The notes beneath the pieces were generated by a model. The model saw nothing but the letters and a program-made list of their open reading frames with translations, had not been told where the DNA came from and ran no database searches. Position numbers and translations under genes: made by a program. A stretch of DNA of 64,000 nucleotides from Octopus sinensis. Its lineage: Eukaryota. Positions 40,713 to 54,446 of this stretch are shown in pieces; position 1 is the stretch's first letter; the number at the start of each line of letters is the position of its first letter. The stretch covers positions 202,988,001 to 203,052,000 of the forward strand of contig NC_042997.1 of the NCBI RefSeq assembly GCF_006345805.1. Direction: 5' to 3'.

Positions 40713-42018
40713 TAAGGCTGCAAGTTGGCAGAACCATTAGCATGCTGGGTAAAATGTTTAGTGGCATTTCTGCCAAGGTTAACTTTGCCATTCATCCTCT
40801 TGGAGTCAATAAAATAGGTACCAGTTGAGTATTGGGGTCGATGGGATCAATTTATCCCCTTCCCGAAATTGCTAGCCTTATGCCAAAATGTGAAATCAGT
40901 ATTATTATTATTATTGTGTTCCAATTCCGCTAAGGTTGACTATGTCTTTCATTCTTTTGGTGTCAATGAGATAAGTACCAGTTGAATGCTGGGGGTGAAT
41001 GTAATTGATTTAACCCCACTCCAGAACCTGCTGGCCATGGGCCAAAATTTGAAACTAATATTATTGTTAGCTGAGGTGGTGAGCTGGCAGAATAGCTGAT
41101 GTGTCAAACAAAATGCTTAGCGGCATTTCTTTCAGTTCCTAACAATTTTAATGTACAAATAATACTGCCATGGTAAACTTTGTGTTTCCTCCTTTCCAGG
41201 TCAATAAAGATAAAGTACCAGTCTCGTACTGGGGTCATTGAAATCAACTTCCTCCACCTCAAAATTGTTGGCTTTGCACTAAAATTTGAAACAATTCTTA
41301 TTGCTAAGGCAACAAGTTGGCAGAACTGTTAAGGCATTGGACAAACTATTTATTGGCAGTTCTTCTGACTCCATTATGTTTTGAGTTCCAATACTGCCAA
41401 AGTCAACTTTGCTTTCATCCCTATCGGACTGATAGAAGAGAGTACCAGTTGAAAACTGGGTTCAATGTAATTGACTTACTCCCTCCCCTTAAAATTGCTG
41501 GCTTTGTGTCAAAGTTTGAAACCATTATTCTTATAATTAATATTAGTCAAACCATCCTTGGCTGGCTTCCGTGCTGGTGGCACGTTAAAAGCTCCAATCA
41601 ATCGTGGCTGATGCGGACCCCTGGCACCTGTGCAGGTGGCACGTAAAAAGCACCCACTACACTCTTGGAGTGGTTGGCGTTAGGAAGGGCATCCAGCCGT
41701 AGAAACTCTGCCAGATCCGACTGGAGCCTGGTGCAGCCCCTGGCTTCCCAGACCCCGGTTGAACCGTCCAACCCATGCTAGCACGGAAAACGGACGTTAA
41801 ACGTTGATGATGATGAAGGCGGTGGCGAGCTGGCAGAAATGCTCAGCGGTTTTTCATCTGTCTTTATGTTCTGAGTTCAAATTCCGCTGAAGTTGACTTT
41901 GCCTTTCATCCTTTCAGGGTCGATAAATTAAGTACCAGTTGTGTACTGGATTCAATCTAATCAACTGGCCCCCTCCCCACAAATTTTGATCCTTGTGCCT
42001 AGAGTAGAAAAGAATATT
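40713..42018 (+). mobile_element. Head-to-tail cluster of five family-B SINEs plus one RTE-tail element
   Basis: Repeated unit ...TGGCAGAA...ACTTTGCCTTTCATCC...AGTACCAGTT...CTGGGGTC...AAAATTTGAAAC-(ATT)n. Confidence 0.85.
41550..41815 (+). mobile_element. RTE-type 3'-end element ending in (GAT)n (copies at 24085-24295 +, 30860-31135 +, 63053-63247 -)
   Basis: GGTGGCACGTAAAAAGCACCCACTACAC...AGGAAGGGCATCCAGC...CCAACCCATGCTAGCA...GACGTTAAACG-(ATG)n. Confidence 0.8.
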
Positions 42019-43186
42019 AGTGGAGAAGACCTCAGTTCCTTTGTGGTAGCCAAGCATCTGATGTCCATTGTGGAGAGCAATATATGAGGTCTGAAACCGA
42101 ATGGAATGTAGAGATGACAGGGAAATCAGAGGCAGAGGGGGGGGGGAGCCGTACAATGGATTGCAGAGAATAACATGAGTAGAATCAGTGATGGATGCTG
42201 TAAAGAGAAATGGCATAAGATAGTTGGGTCGTGTGCTAAAGAAGGACAGCAGAGACTGGATGAGAGGTGAATGATGGAGGAAGTAGCAGATCTAATAATA
42301 GGTCATGGCTAAAGATGATAGGGGGCAGAAATGAGAAAAGGGTTGGTGAGGAGGGAGATGTAGAGGAGAAGGCAGAAGAGACTCCCCTATATCTGAGCAG
42401 GGAGAATTCTTTTGTTGTTGTAATAGATGAACTGGTAGAATAATTAACCCTCAAAGCACCAGTAAATTCTTTACTGTAGTCTCAGCTACTAAAGTGACCT
42501 AATCAGCAATGAAAGTGGGTATATTGAAACCATAGTGGTCTAGGTTATAATAAGGTGGGAAAAGTTCAAGGAGCTATTGCCCCTGCAAACAACAAAGGGT
42601 TTTCTCTCCCCAAGCAAAGAGTGGGTTATATATGATGCATGTCAATGAACTGTTATGTCGCATGGTTGAGACACGTGCATTAAATGCAGAGGATATGTGG
42701 AAGTTGTAAAGATTTGGGTTGGGCATGAACAGTGATACACATAAGCTGAGAGAAGAACAAAGTATAGGATGAACCAGGTGTGGTGTGCTACAGTATTGGC
42801 TACACTGGACATGTAATGTGTATGAATGGTGAGAGGTGGGTGAAGAAGTGCCAGGAGATTCCCATGGAAGGAAGAAGACCAAGGAAAACATAGGTAGAAG
42901 TGATGAAGGTTGATTGAAGAGGAACTGACAAAAGAGTGCAAGAAATGGCATGAAAGTATGGGAAAATTAATGTTAAAAATGAACACAGAAAAGCATTTTA
43001 TGTGTTTGACTTCAAATCTTTTTAAAGTTAATTTTTCCTCTCATCCTTCATAAGTCAATTAAAATGAAGTAATAGTGTATATGATTGATTGATTCCTCGC
43101 TCAAAATTGCTGGCTTTGTGTCTATGTTTGAAAGCATTATTAGTTAAAAGTTGCAGTAGTATTTCACACTTGTTTTATCTCCACAG

Positions 43187-43305
43187 TGGCTTCCATATTT
43201 GACATTCCTGGTTTGAAACTTCTGCCTGAAATGAATGAACCAGTCAATGCTGCTCAAAAAAAGCCCACTTGTCGCAGTGGCATACGAACCACGTTAAAGG
43301 CATGA
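43187..43305 (+). CDS. CDK14: CDK14-like last coding exon (VASIFDIPGLKLLPEMNEPVNAAQKKPTCRSGIRTTLKA*)
   Basis: SIF..P.L.L.PE motif of the family C-terminus; cacAG acceptor; TGA at 43303-43305; exon continues to a donor after 43333. Confidence 0.93.
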
Positions 43306-43928
43306 GAATGGGATTGGTTCATAGAGACTATAGGTAAGTTTTAGGAACTAACTTAAATTACTCTCCACCCTCACTATAAATTATATTTGATAAAGAGATA
43401 GCAGTTGTCTATGAGGAAATGTAAAAAAACCCTCAAAAAACTTCACAGCACATCAATAATCAGTAAAAAAGAAGAATCTACTGGAGTGTATATTTTTAAA
43501 GCTTTCGTGATAGTATTTTGAATTAAATTCACTGCTGTTGTGTATCACTTTTAAAAATAATTAAGAATTTGGTGGGATTTAGGGAGAGAACTCTATTTGG
43601 AACATAACTTGAGACGAAGTTCTTAAATTGAATTATGACCAACAGCTTTTATGCTAATATGTTTAACTCTTTCAATACTGAACTGAGTGTCCCCGACTCT
43701 ATCAAGTAACCTCCTTGATTAAAATCCTCCAAAATTTCTTAATTTGTTCCAAGCAGCAGCTTAGCAACAGCAAAGTTATTTTACTAAATTCTTCGTAATT
43801 TTCAAATTAAACTGAAACAAAATAGAATCATGGTAACAAAGGGGTTCAAATTAATACTTAAAAACTGATTTCAAACATTAAATAGTTATCATTGTTAACT
43901 AAACTGTTTGACTTTTTGAATATTACAG

Positions 43929-46490
43929 ATATGAAAGTTTCTACTCAAGATGGCAACTCATTTGGATTGTTCAACATTAGAGACCACTAGCAGTAGTGAT
44001 GGTCACTAATGATCCTCTCAACAGATTTCATTTGTTCCTTTGGTCTCATTATTCCACATTAATCATCCATAATGATCAATCTAAGTTTCAAGCTGTAGCC
44101 AAGCTAGACCAAGATCATCTGCTGCATATTCCTGTTAAATATGCTCCACAATATTTGCTGTCCATTCTTAACAGATCTCTATTGAAATGGTCAATTAGAA
44201 AGAAAATGTTAATTTGTGTTGTTGAAAGACTAAACAAGCTGGCGTACACCAAAGAGGAATACCATCTTGAACTAAAAAAAATAACAACCAAAACAAACTT
44301 GATTTATATCTGAAACTAGTCCATTGCTTAGAGCCTCAATTTTGTGCCTGCAAATCTCCCCCACATCCAACATTACTACTATAATAGTGATTGAAAGAAC
44401 TTTCCAAGACACAGACAAGACTTTTTTTCCTATTGCAATATATTTAAAACTGGCTCAACATATGGAGAGAGAGAGAGAGAGAAGAAAAAAAACTATGCCT
44501 GCAATGGGCCTGTATTTCATAAAGTCCAGAAAAATGGTGAAAAAGGAAATTTTATTTTCGATACTGAACTCCAAAGTATAAAACTAAACCCTTAATCATG
44601 TGAAGCAGTGAGTGGCGTTGGAACTAAATTCTTCGTGTAACCTTCCACTCCTCCAGGTATTTTCTTTAAAACGTCTACTTCCCCCATATTATGACAATCC
44701 AATTGCTAATTCCTCTAAATTGATTATTACTGGCTGATTGTTAAAGAAAGCCAGTGCTGTTTGTGCCCTTCTCTGTCTGAACCCATTAGATTCTGTTATA
44801 TTAAACGATTATAGTTATGACTGCTAATTCATGAATGCTTTTTTTTTTTAAAAAGAAAAGAAAAAAAAAATCCTACTCCCTATTTAGCAGTTAATAAAAG
44901 CCATTTGGCTGTGTTATTTTCCAAGTTTTGGATAGATGAATGAGTAAATTACACTTTGTGACATTTTATAAACTTTGATAAATTAGTTTGTTACACGAAG
45001 GTTTACAAAGAAACAAAACTTATCAAGTAGAACTGGTTCATCTGCTCTATAAATAAATACTCAAAAGTGATTTTTTTTTAACGAAAAAGAATATTTGTTT
45101 AAAAAATATTGAAAAGCTGTGAAAGAGATAATTCTTTACATTTATACAAAATAAAACATGTCCTTGCACGCAATACACGGTGCTGACATGATGAAGTTAT
45201 GAAGATTTTATTACAATCTTTTCTTATAAATCGAATCTGTGAGAAAAATATTTTTTCAGAACAATGAATGACCAAACTTGCTATCTTAAAGGGACCACCA
45301 ATTTCCATTCTATGAAAGCTTGAGTGCTGAAGTCATAAGGGATTTCTGTGATCAAACATCAGTGCTAGAAGAAACAAACAGCACTAAGTAATGAATCTTC
45401 TTTAACCAGCTGATAACTTACTGGTTTTGGGGGCCTAAAACTAATTCCTGAAAATCTTGTCAAACATCAAGAAACCACACACAATTAGTAAATGTGTGTC
45501 TTGTGTTAGGCTGTTTAGTTGCAGAAAGAAAAATTTATATTCCAAACTAGAATGATACAATGGGTCTAATTATTTTGAAATATTTAGACTAGACAAGGAA
45601 AGCAATAATAATTTACTTTTACTGAAAATGTTAAAGAAAAACTAAAAGATCTAATGAAAAATTTCTCACACTGCCGTAAAAATTCATGTTTTCTCAAGTT
45701 TTGCTTTCAAATTAATCTTGTTCCTTGATAATTTTAATCTGGTTGGCAGTTGATGCTTATAGCAATTTAGAGCTACTAATCCTAATCCTTTAGAATTTCC
45801 TCTGTCTGACCCCCTACCTTTATTAAAAACCTAAATCATTTCCAGTAGAAATACCCTTTCCCAAAACATACCAAATCCTGATTCCTTTTTCTTTATTCAC
45901 AAAGCTTTAAAAGATGGCACCAGCCCATCCTTATGCCTCAGTACTCACCATAATCCCAGAGTGAGTGAGACCCCTATATACTTTTCTGATAATAGCTCGT
46001 TTGGAAACTAATATTATGATAATCAAAAGGTTTGCTCAAATTGTTTAAGCATAGTTATGCTGATTGCTTTAGCATGATATTTATGGAAAAAAATATAAAA
46101 CTAACAAAAAAACAAACAAACAAAACATAGAAAGTATTCAATGGATCATCTCCCAAATCTCATAGCTATAAATTACCCCCGCCCCACTTTTTTTTTTTTT
46201 TATGAACATCACATCATTCTGCCATTGATATTTTTCTTTTTTGCAGAGATCTGTTCATCATGAAGATATTTCTAAATTTATTTTATTTGGTCCACTTACG
46301 TGAAGTCTGTGGCATTGCTTCACTCCATAAATATATAAAATTTCCTATCATCATTCGGTTTCCAATTCATCATACTCACAAAATGTGCATCGTTATGCAC
46401 GCTGACTGTTAACAAAATAATGCAAATTGTACATTCCTGCATTTTTTTTTATTCTGTAAGAACTTGGAATAAATACTTTCTGTAAAGATT
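43929..46490 (+). other. Putative non-coding terminal exon (3'UTR) of the CDK14-like gene
   Basis: tattacAG acceptor at 43927-43928, then about 2.5 kb nearly free of the SINEs that fill the introns. AATAAA at 44893, 45150 and 46468. End point uncertain. Confidence 0.55.
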
Positions 46491-48413
46491 GTTTAAAAAA
46501 AAAACATTTTAGTTTGTTTACTGATCTTGTGTCACTGGAGACATTTGTGTCCAGTTTTCCCTACTTTGATGACTTGTTGGACAAACTTGATCCAAAGGAT
46601 TGGTTAGTGATCAAAGATTATGGAATGGATGGATTTAGTGAAACAGACATACATAGAGGTCAAAGTATGTCGTGTATTTCAGAGTGTTACATATGGATTA
46701 ATTAAAACTGCAATTAACAAAAGTGCACATCAAATCAGATGACACTAAAAACAAGTGGAGTATAATTTCGTTATATAATGTAATAATTAATATGAGGAAC
46801 GTATAGCTGTACTATATAAGTTCTTCCAATCACTATTGTAGTTGTAATGGAACTTTATATTAGATAATTTACATCAGTTTAATGTCCACTTATCCATGGA
46901 TGGAATTTGTGGAGGCAGATTTTGTTTCTATCATTATTAAATGTTAGGTTAGCCCAAATATCACTGAAGTCGATTCTGCCTTTTACCCATCTAGGGGTCA
47001 CTGTTGTCAGCTAATACCCTCTACACAAAATTTCAGGCATTGATTATTTTTACAATAGCTTTTTTTTTTTCATATTAAGTTTTCAAAGTAACTAGAGGTT
47101 ATCTTTTACTGGTTTCAGTCACTGACTAGCAGTCCTACTAAAGCCAACCCCCAGTACTTATTTTTTAAGTCGGGTGCTTATTCTATCAGCATTATTTGCT
47201 GAACCCCTATATTATGGGGATATAAGCAAACCAAAACTAGTGGCGACGGGGACAGACAAAATCTTCACATTCAACAGATTTGCACCAAATCCAAAACCAG
47301 CCGGTTGTTAAGCAAGTTTCTTTACCACACACCCATGCCTAATGCTAGTTTTCCTTTGTTGCATGTCTTTGCATGAAAGAAAACTAACATTTTCTTCCAG
47401 TTTGGTCATAGAAAAGCAAATATTTAGGTCACGCATGATAAATTATTCAAGTTTAATTAGATAACTTACCCACATATCCAGCACAGATTAATTGGTCAAC
47501 ATGATTATGATAGATTGCTATTAGACTGAAAGCATATAGTTTGGTAGGTGTTGTTCCTCTAAGTAGTTGGATGTCTTACATTTATTAATTTTCTACGATG
47601 AAAAAATATCTGAAACCATGAAGTAAAATGGGCAAATATCTTAATCTTCTCAATATTCTGTATGTATTAAACGTAGCTTCTTGCAAAGTCGATTAGTAAC
47701 AGCATGAAATTGGTTGGGAGGAGGAATGGTTCAAATTGGTGTCAATCCTACCATGGCTATCTCTTACAACACAGAATCAATCCTAGAAACCCTAGAAATA
47801 TCTTTTACAATAACTACTGAAGAGACCAGACAGAACGCAGCACTAGATTTAGGAGCTTTGTCTCTTATTTTTGAGATCAAATCCACCCAACATTGAATTT
47901 ACTGTGTATTTTTATTGTTAAAAAATAATGGCAATTTAGGGAAAGAAATTTAATTCACTGCATTCTATCCTACAAAACTTGGCCCTGGGCTGGCTCTTTG
48001 GATAATTTTTTAAATGACTTTGCTATGCTAAAGGTAATGGAGGGGGGGCATCTCAACCTGGAAACTTGGCTGCAACTGAGTGGACTCTACTAAAGGCAAT
48101 TGACAACAATCAGAAAGTATTAAACCAGGTATTAGATAAAATCTACTACATTTAGTTTGCGTCTACCAACTTTCACATATAAAACTTTGCTGTGGAGCTC
48201 TGCCAAAAGAGACTACGCAATCGGGTTGAACTCATAATCATGTAACTACGAAATGAATCTTCTTAGCACACGGGTCATGCTAGATCACATTCACTAAAAG
48301 TGATGTGCTTCATGCTATTGTATTACACTTTCTTTACTGAAAATTTTGGCCTTGCAGCAACCAGTTATATCATCCTTTAATGTCCATTTGCCATGGGTTT
48401 TTATATAGATATC

Positions 48414-49274
48414 TTGGGTCATCACATAAATAATGCAGTTTTTTTATACTCTCATTTTTCAAAATTAAAATAAAGTTCCTTTTTAATTTAAAATATACTC
48501 TCCATTTCCTACAATGTTCTTTCATCTATCTTGTTGACTTGCAAGTCCCTTCTTCCAAAATTCACTTGTCCATAAAAACACTTCTCTGGTACTGTTCTAA
48601 TTTTGCCTACAGAATCCATGTTTTTTCCATCTAAATGATAATCTGATGGGGCAATGTCCATCAAATAGGGTGGGTGCAACATCATTTCCCATTCAAACTG
48701 CTCCAGCCTTTGGAATGACATCCTTTGCTGTATGTGGCTGTGACGATTAGACTCGGGAAGTTTGTGAGGAACCCATTGACCCAATTTGCTAACTTTTCTG
48801 ATGGCATGCAAGTGTTGATGAATGGTTGAATGACCAAATCCAACCTTCTCTGCTAGTTCCTCAACAGTTGTTACAAGGGAATTTTGTTCCACCTGGGTTT
48901 GCAAGACGTCTTCGTCAAGCTCTACAGATCTTCCAGGACGAGACTCATTTTTTAGGCTGTAGTTTCTGGCTCAGAATTTCTGGAACTACCATTAACACAG
49001 GCTTGCACTTATTGTTTGAACCCCATATACTACATTAATATTCCTCCCACTTTCCGTTACGTTGTTGCCTTTATTGAATTCATAAAGCAAAATATGCCAA
49101 ATATGCTCCTTTGTCACTTCCATTATAGCTTTGAAGAAAAATAAGGACAAGATAGAAAATACTACCTGCTTTTATAGCAAGTTGATGCAGGTAGTTTATC
49201 CCACCCCCCTCTGACTTTTAGTTCATGCAAATGAAACAAAAAACAAAAAACGCATTATTTATGAGATGACCCAA
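48414..49274 (-). mobile_element. Internally deleted mariner transposon
   Basis: About 30-bp TIRs TTGGGTCATC(A/T)CATAAATAATGC with TA on the right flank. Transposase relics: MEVTKEHIWHILLYEFNKG from 49123, WVPHKL and HPPYLMDIAPSDYHL. Stops are present and the central catalytic region is missing. Confidence 0.93.
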
Positions 49275-49429
49275 TACAGTCTGAAAAGTAAGGAATATAT
49301 AAACTTAAATATTATTGTTTCATACCAAAAACAAGACATTAAAAATCCATACCTTTCATGTATATCTGTGACCTGATGTTAAAGAAATTATGTTCCGATA
49401 AACCATCAACATTCATTAGCTGAGAAAAT

Positions 49430-50685
49430 TTTATTGAAGATTTTCTTTTTTTTTTTGACAATTATCTGTTTAACAGCAGCAAATCGTTCTACGTTTGTTG
49501 CCCTATAACAAACAATAGATTACGCATTTTATTGGAAGTTGACAGCGACTCATGTATTCATGTTGAAACAGTCACAAATAAGTATTACAACTCATACCTA
49601 AAATGAATTGCAGGAGACAGCATTCCAAAACAAATTGTGCAAGACAGATTGGATACTTTTTTTTAAAAAAAATTTTCTACACCTTAATAAGGATCGATAA
49701 AAATAATTACTTTTTTTTTTAAAACTTATTTTTAAGTGTTAAGGTTGATTTCTTTACAAGATTGCTCAGGTTAACATTAAATTTCTCTCTCTCTCTCTTT
49801 TTCACTCTCTCTCTCTTTCAAGTGTGATATAATAATATTTCAAATAAAAATAATCCGAATATCATCACAGGAGTGCCGTGGGCAGAATTTGTCATTTATA
49901 GAGTTGGTGGGCTAGCAGAAGACAAAGTGCCATAATGCATACACATACAGTATTAATCAGGAGATAATAATAATGTGCTAGTAAAATAGATTCACACAGA
50001 AAAAGCCATTGATATAAATAGCAATACAGTTTTAGAAAATGTACATGCAGATTGGATTGCATCAAATGATTTGCAGCAGTTTTATGAAGGAGCCCTGTTG
50101 TCCATGTAATATATATATTATATACATAAAGAGCTGTTTACATGACAGACGTGAAGCCTGAGAGTTTTACAATTGGATAAATAGGAAGCTGTGACATTTA
50201 TGCCTTTCCCAGGCTAAAATGAAGTGAAATGGTTACAACTTGCATTCAATGCCAGGTTGTAGATGGCATCACTAAGAATTTCTAATATGCCACAATTAAT
50301 TAGAATCCCACTTACTCCATTAGTTTTTGCTTTTTTTTCTCATTATTATTCCATCTTATTTTTGAAGATGTTCACTGCCCCCTCCCACAAGAAGAAATAT
50401 TGGTGGATTACTGGAATCATTTAAACATAAGAAAGGAATTGCTAAATATCTCTATTCAGTATTTTCTCTTATTTTTCATAAATTTGTTGTTAGTCGGAAT
50501 AATGAAAACAAAATAATACATAAATGACTTGAAAAGCAAAAATAATAACTTAATATAATTAATTAGTAAGGAGAAAAAAATTGAATTAAAATTTAGAAAA
50601 TAAAGTTTAATAAACTGGAAAAGAAAATCAAATGATGTAGAGCTTGATTGAAGGAGGGGGACTTCTGCAATCTGTTCGCAATATA

Positions 50686-50717
<32 letters not shown>

Positions 50718-51719
50718 AGATGGAAATAGCCTGTGTGTATTGGATGGAGCAATAATACAGAAGCTAGGGAAAATTACTAATATGTAATTGAAATGTTGCC
50801 TGTAAAACTCATTAAAAGCTGGATCTGAATGTAACGACTATTAATAAATGTCTCCTGTATTAGACATTGAGATTAATACTTTGTCAATGAAAAAAAGTTT
50901 ACTGTACATACGTTACAAAAAGGTATACTTTACACCCATACACATGTATCTCTGGTGCATGCTGTGTCCTGTGTTAGCTGCTCTTGGCTGTGGAAATCCT
51001 AACCTTTGATATGTACTGCATAGATTAAATTTTTACTGTAACACAAACATTAAACCCTTACATCAGTAAAGGAATAGAAATATTTTTGTCAATGTACCAA
51101 ATCAGAATTTCAATTAAAAAAAATTAAAAAAAATACTTATTTTTGTTAGAGCTGCTGTTGGTAAAAGTAAGATCTTTGTGCCATTTGAGGAAATGTTTAA
51201 GAGTTTTCTTGTCAAGGAGGACAATATGAAGACACTAATGAAAACACTACATCACAGAGACATAATTACAAACAAGCAGGGATGGGCAGGGGGGAAGAAG
51301 GAGAAAAAAAAAGTCGATCATTTTGATTGAGAGAGGAAAGCTTATTACAAACTTATTGAATATTTCACACTGGTATATCTTTGTCATCACTGACGACAGG
51401 AGTGAATGGATTAGAAGAGACACGAGAGATGACTGGGAAGCTGAGAATTTAGAAGCCATACACAGAAGGAATTACACGCACTTCTGGAAACTAAAATTTC
51501 AATATCACAGAATAATTACTAGATTTCTTTTTTTTTTGTTTGTTTTTCTTGTTTTGTAAATGTTTAAATGTCTATTTTCATTGATCAATCTTCTCTCACC
51601 AGTTTTTGCTGTTGTCACCTAAGTGATGATATACTCTCTTCTTCTCTATTTAAACACTTTGGTTGATGCTGACACTGCAGTAGTTTTAATGAAAATTGCC
51701 CATCCTCACAAAGCCAGTC
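49430..51719 (-). other. Putative 3'UTR of the alpha-catulin-like gene
   Basis: About 2.3 kb without SINEs after the stop codon; minus-strand AATAAA at 49528-49533 and 49430-49435. Confidence 0.55.
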
Positions 51720-51947
51720 TCAGGAGTCTAGAAGTCCAATGGTAGATAAAGGCTTATTAAGCGATGAGCTGCGGTAAAGACCTTCTATGTAGGAGTTCTG
51801 TAAAGAAGGTGGCGCAGTGGTGGTAGTACTGCTGCCACCCGACTCGCTTCCAGCATCAGTGCCACCGTTTGCCTGATTATCAAGGCGTTGGGAGCTTCCA
51901 CGCCACTTGTAAGACTGGACAGACGTTGACCGGCAGTCTATGTTGTA
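51720..51947 (-). CDS. CTNNAL1: Alpha-catulin-like last coding exon (YNIDCRSTSVQSYKWRGSSQ...KPLSTIGLLDS*)
   Basis: Strong tttttcAG acceptor, phase 0, gives ATK-Y and a later WR as in family tails; GC-richer 75-aa frame ending TGA. Confidence 0.9.
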   Translation of the reverse strand, partial: YNIDCRSTSVQSYKWRGSSQRLDNQANGGTDAGSESGGSSTTTTAPPSLQNSYIEGLYRSSSLNKPLSTIGLLDS

Positions 51948-52998
51948 CTGAAAAAGACAAAAAAGGAAAAGTAAAAATATTGACTTCTAGCCATGTCGTG
52001 TTGTAACGATATTCTATTAAAGATGAAAACTACAGAATTGGGTTAAACAGTAACTGGACACTCGTGCTTAATAAATATAAAAAAAAAAAAATGGTTGAGT
52101 TTTGTTTTCCTGCTGATAAATCTTGATCAATGACTATTTAAAAATACTTGGTGATTCAGTGATGCTGTGAAATAATGTGCCACATATTTTTAATAAAACA
52201 ACAATTTATATCCTTTTAATTAGTTTTTAATTTCTCTGTCTAAGTGAATCAATAAGCAGAATGAATTGAATGTTTAGAATGAACAAAAAGAAATGAAGTA
52301 TTTAGTATTTGAAAGTTTGAGTGAAATCAGAGCCAATTGCTTTAATTATAATTAATTAAACAATGTGCTATCATTGAGATTTGTTATGAAGGTAAGCCAT
52401 ATACATTTATATGTGCTCTCAGATAATATATTAGGCAGAGAAAGAAAAATGAGATTAGTGATTAATTAATTAATATACTAAGTGTCATGAGTGCTGTACT
52501 GTTCCTTGTGATTAATTTACAGAGTGTCATAGGTGCTGCGTTGTTCCTAAGTGAATAAAAACATCTTTCTCAAATTGCTTTCCTTGGGAAGTTAATCCCT
52601 GTGTTGTTTGTAGGTGAGAGAGGGACATGAGAAAGACATGCCAATCAGCAGATGGTGTACGAAGTTAGTAAGAAGCTGAAACGAAGATCAAGAGTGATTT
52701 TTTTTAATACTGCAAATGGCTAGTAGACAATGTGATGTGCTCTAGAAAGAGGTAAATCTAGCTGGTGAATTAGGATTAGAAACTTCTGTTGTTGACTAAA
52801 ATACTTGCTGTTGCATAAATCAGTTGTGCAGTCAGCGATGGCCATCTTTAAGAGGTCTTTTGGATTTCAGCTGGAATAAAAACACCAAATTCTGGTTCAG
52901 AGCAAACAATTCATAGTTAATCCTGGTTCCACACTTTGGTTTTAGTATAACAATTATGGAAGATTGTGACTTTAGATTAATAAAGAAAAGATTCATAT

Positions 52999-53055
<57 letters not shown>

Positions 53056-53379
53056 TATTAAGCAGTATAATCCAACTGCTGCAAATATAAATGTTATTGT
53101 TATCGGAAATATTTAACACCAGGCAAATTAAAGATTATATTAGTGGAAGGAAACAATTTAAATATAAATTTATTAGTATATTAATTACACATAGACACAC
53201 ACACAATTATCGATTTGGGAATGTTTGAGCTATTTTGAGACTTATTTTTAACTCTCTTCATAGAACCTCTTCTGAGACTGCTGAGAGTTCTAGAATATAG
53301 CATTCATGCTTTAAAATGATTTCTATGAAAATCTTCCATCAAAATTTTGTATTTATTTATGTTTCAAATACCAGCTTAA

Positions 53380-54446
53380 CCCTTTCGTTACCAAACGGCC
53401 CGAAAAAAATTTTGGTTAATGTGACCAAACCGCCCAAACCCACCCGTATTTACCTATTCATATTTAAATGAGAATATCAGAGCAAATCTCTTTAGTACAT
53501 TCGTGAAAACATGTATTATACTTCGTAAACAGTTCAACTACAGTTTTGTACAAGAATCGAAGTGTAATTTTAATTCCGTGAATTTTGGGAGATTTTTTTC
53601 CAAAATTTGTTCCTATTGTGTTTTTAAAATTTGTAATTCTGACAAAAAATGGATACGAATTTCATTAAGCAGCGAGTCAGAATTCGAAGGATTTTCTACT
53701 GAAGACCTTGATAAATCTAACTCTATGACTGAAAAAAAAAAGCATATGGTATTTGATAATGAATCTGATGTTTCATTTTCCGAAAGTGAAAACAGTGAAT
53801 CCGAGAGCTCCGACAGTGTTAAAGAAAATGAATTGGCACCTGAATGGAGTGAAAATTTAAAAACTGTTTCTTTCGGTGATTTTTCTGAAGAAACTGGACC
53901 AAGCCACAGACTTTCCCAGGAGAGTAAAGCCTTAGACTATTTCTTTTTACTTTTTCGAATGAGCCTATTTGAAATCATTACGGCGGAAACGAACCGTTAT
54001 GTTGAATGTAAACAAAGCAAAAGAAAGGATAGTTTGTGGTTTCCCACAACCTTAAATGAAATTAAGATTATTTTGCCATAAATATTATTATGGGTATCAG
54101 AAAGTTACCCAGAATAACAAATTCTATCGTAAAATTTTGTTGTATACCCAATTGAATATTAGCTAATAACCCATTTTCTATAGCGATGTTTGAACAAAAT
54201 TTTAATATTTTATATTTTGTTGAATTTACCTGTATCTACCTGCAATTAGAGTCACTTTGTGACAAAAATTATAGTATAGAATTGGTTGAGAACATTTCAT
54301 TAAATTATCTTCCAAAAATCACATTAATATATTGATAAATAAAAAAGTTATAGTTGTTTAATGAAACCAGACTAAATTTATGATTACGTTAGAAATTAAT
54401 TGAAACACATAAGGGTATTTTGGTCAGAAATATAGTAACGAAAGGG
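53380..54446 (+). mobile_element. Internally deleted piggyBac element with truncated PGBD4-like transposase
   Basis: TTAA on both sides and TIR CCCTTTCGTTAC/GTAACGAAAGGG. ORF 53503-54081 has an acidic N-terminus and LDYFFLLF...IITAETNRY...WFPTTLNEIK, then frameshifts to IIMGIRKLP. Confidence 0.9.

Noticed and set aside
40713-42018. Regular repeats as a CRISPR-like array or satellite
   Set aside because: Units are 150-240-bp diverged SINE copies found elsewhere in the window; there is no repeat-spacer structure and the context is eukaryotic.
45186-45242. ATGATGA as box C of a C/D snoRNA in the CDK14 3'UTR
   Set aside because: No well-placed CTGA box D with a terminal stem.
48509-48904. 131-aa ORF as a functional transposase or SETMAR-like gene
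   Set aside because: Internal deletion, upstream stops and a mutated YSPDLAP motif; no SET domain.
53503-54081. 192-aa ORF as a host or domesticated PGBD gene
   Set aside because: It lies between TIRs and TTAA, frameshifts near 54070 and lacks the catalytic domain.
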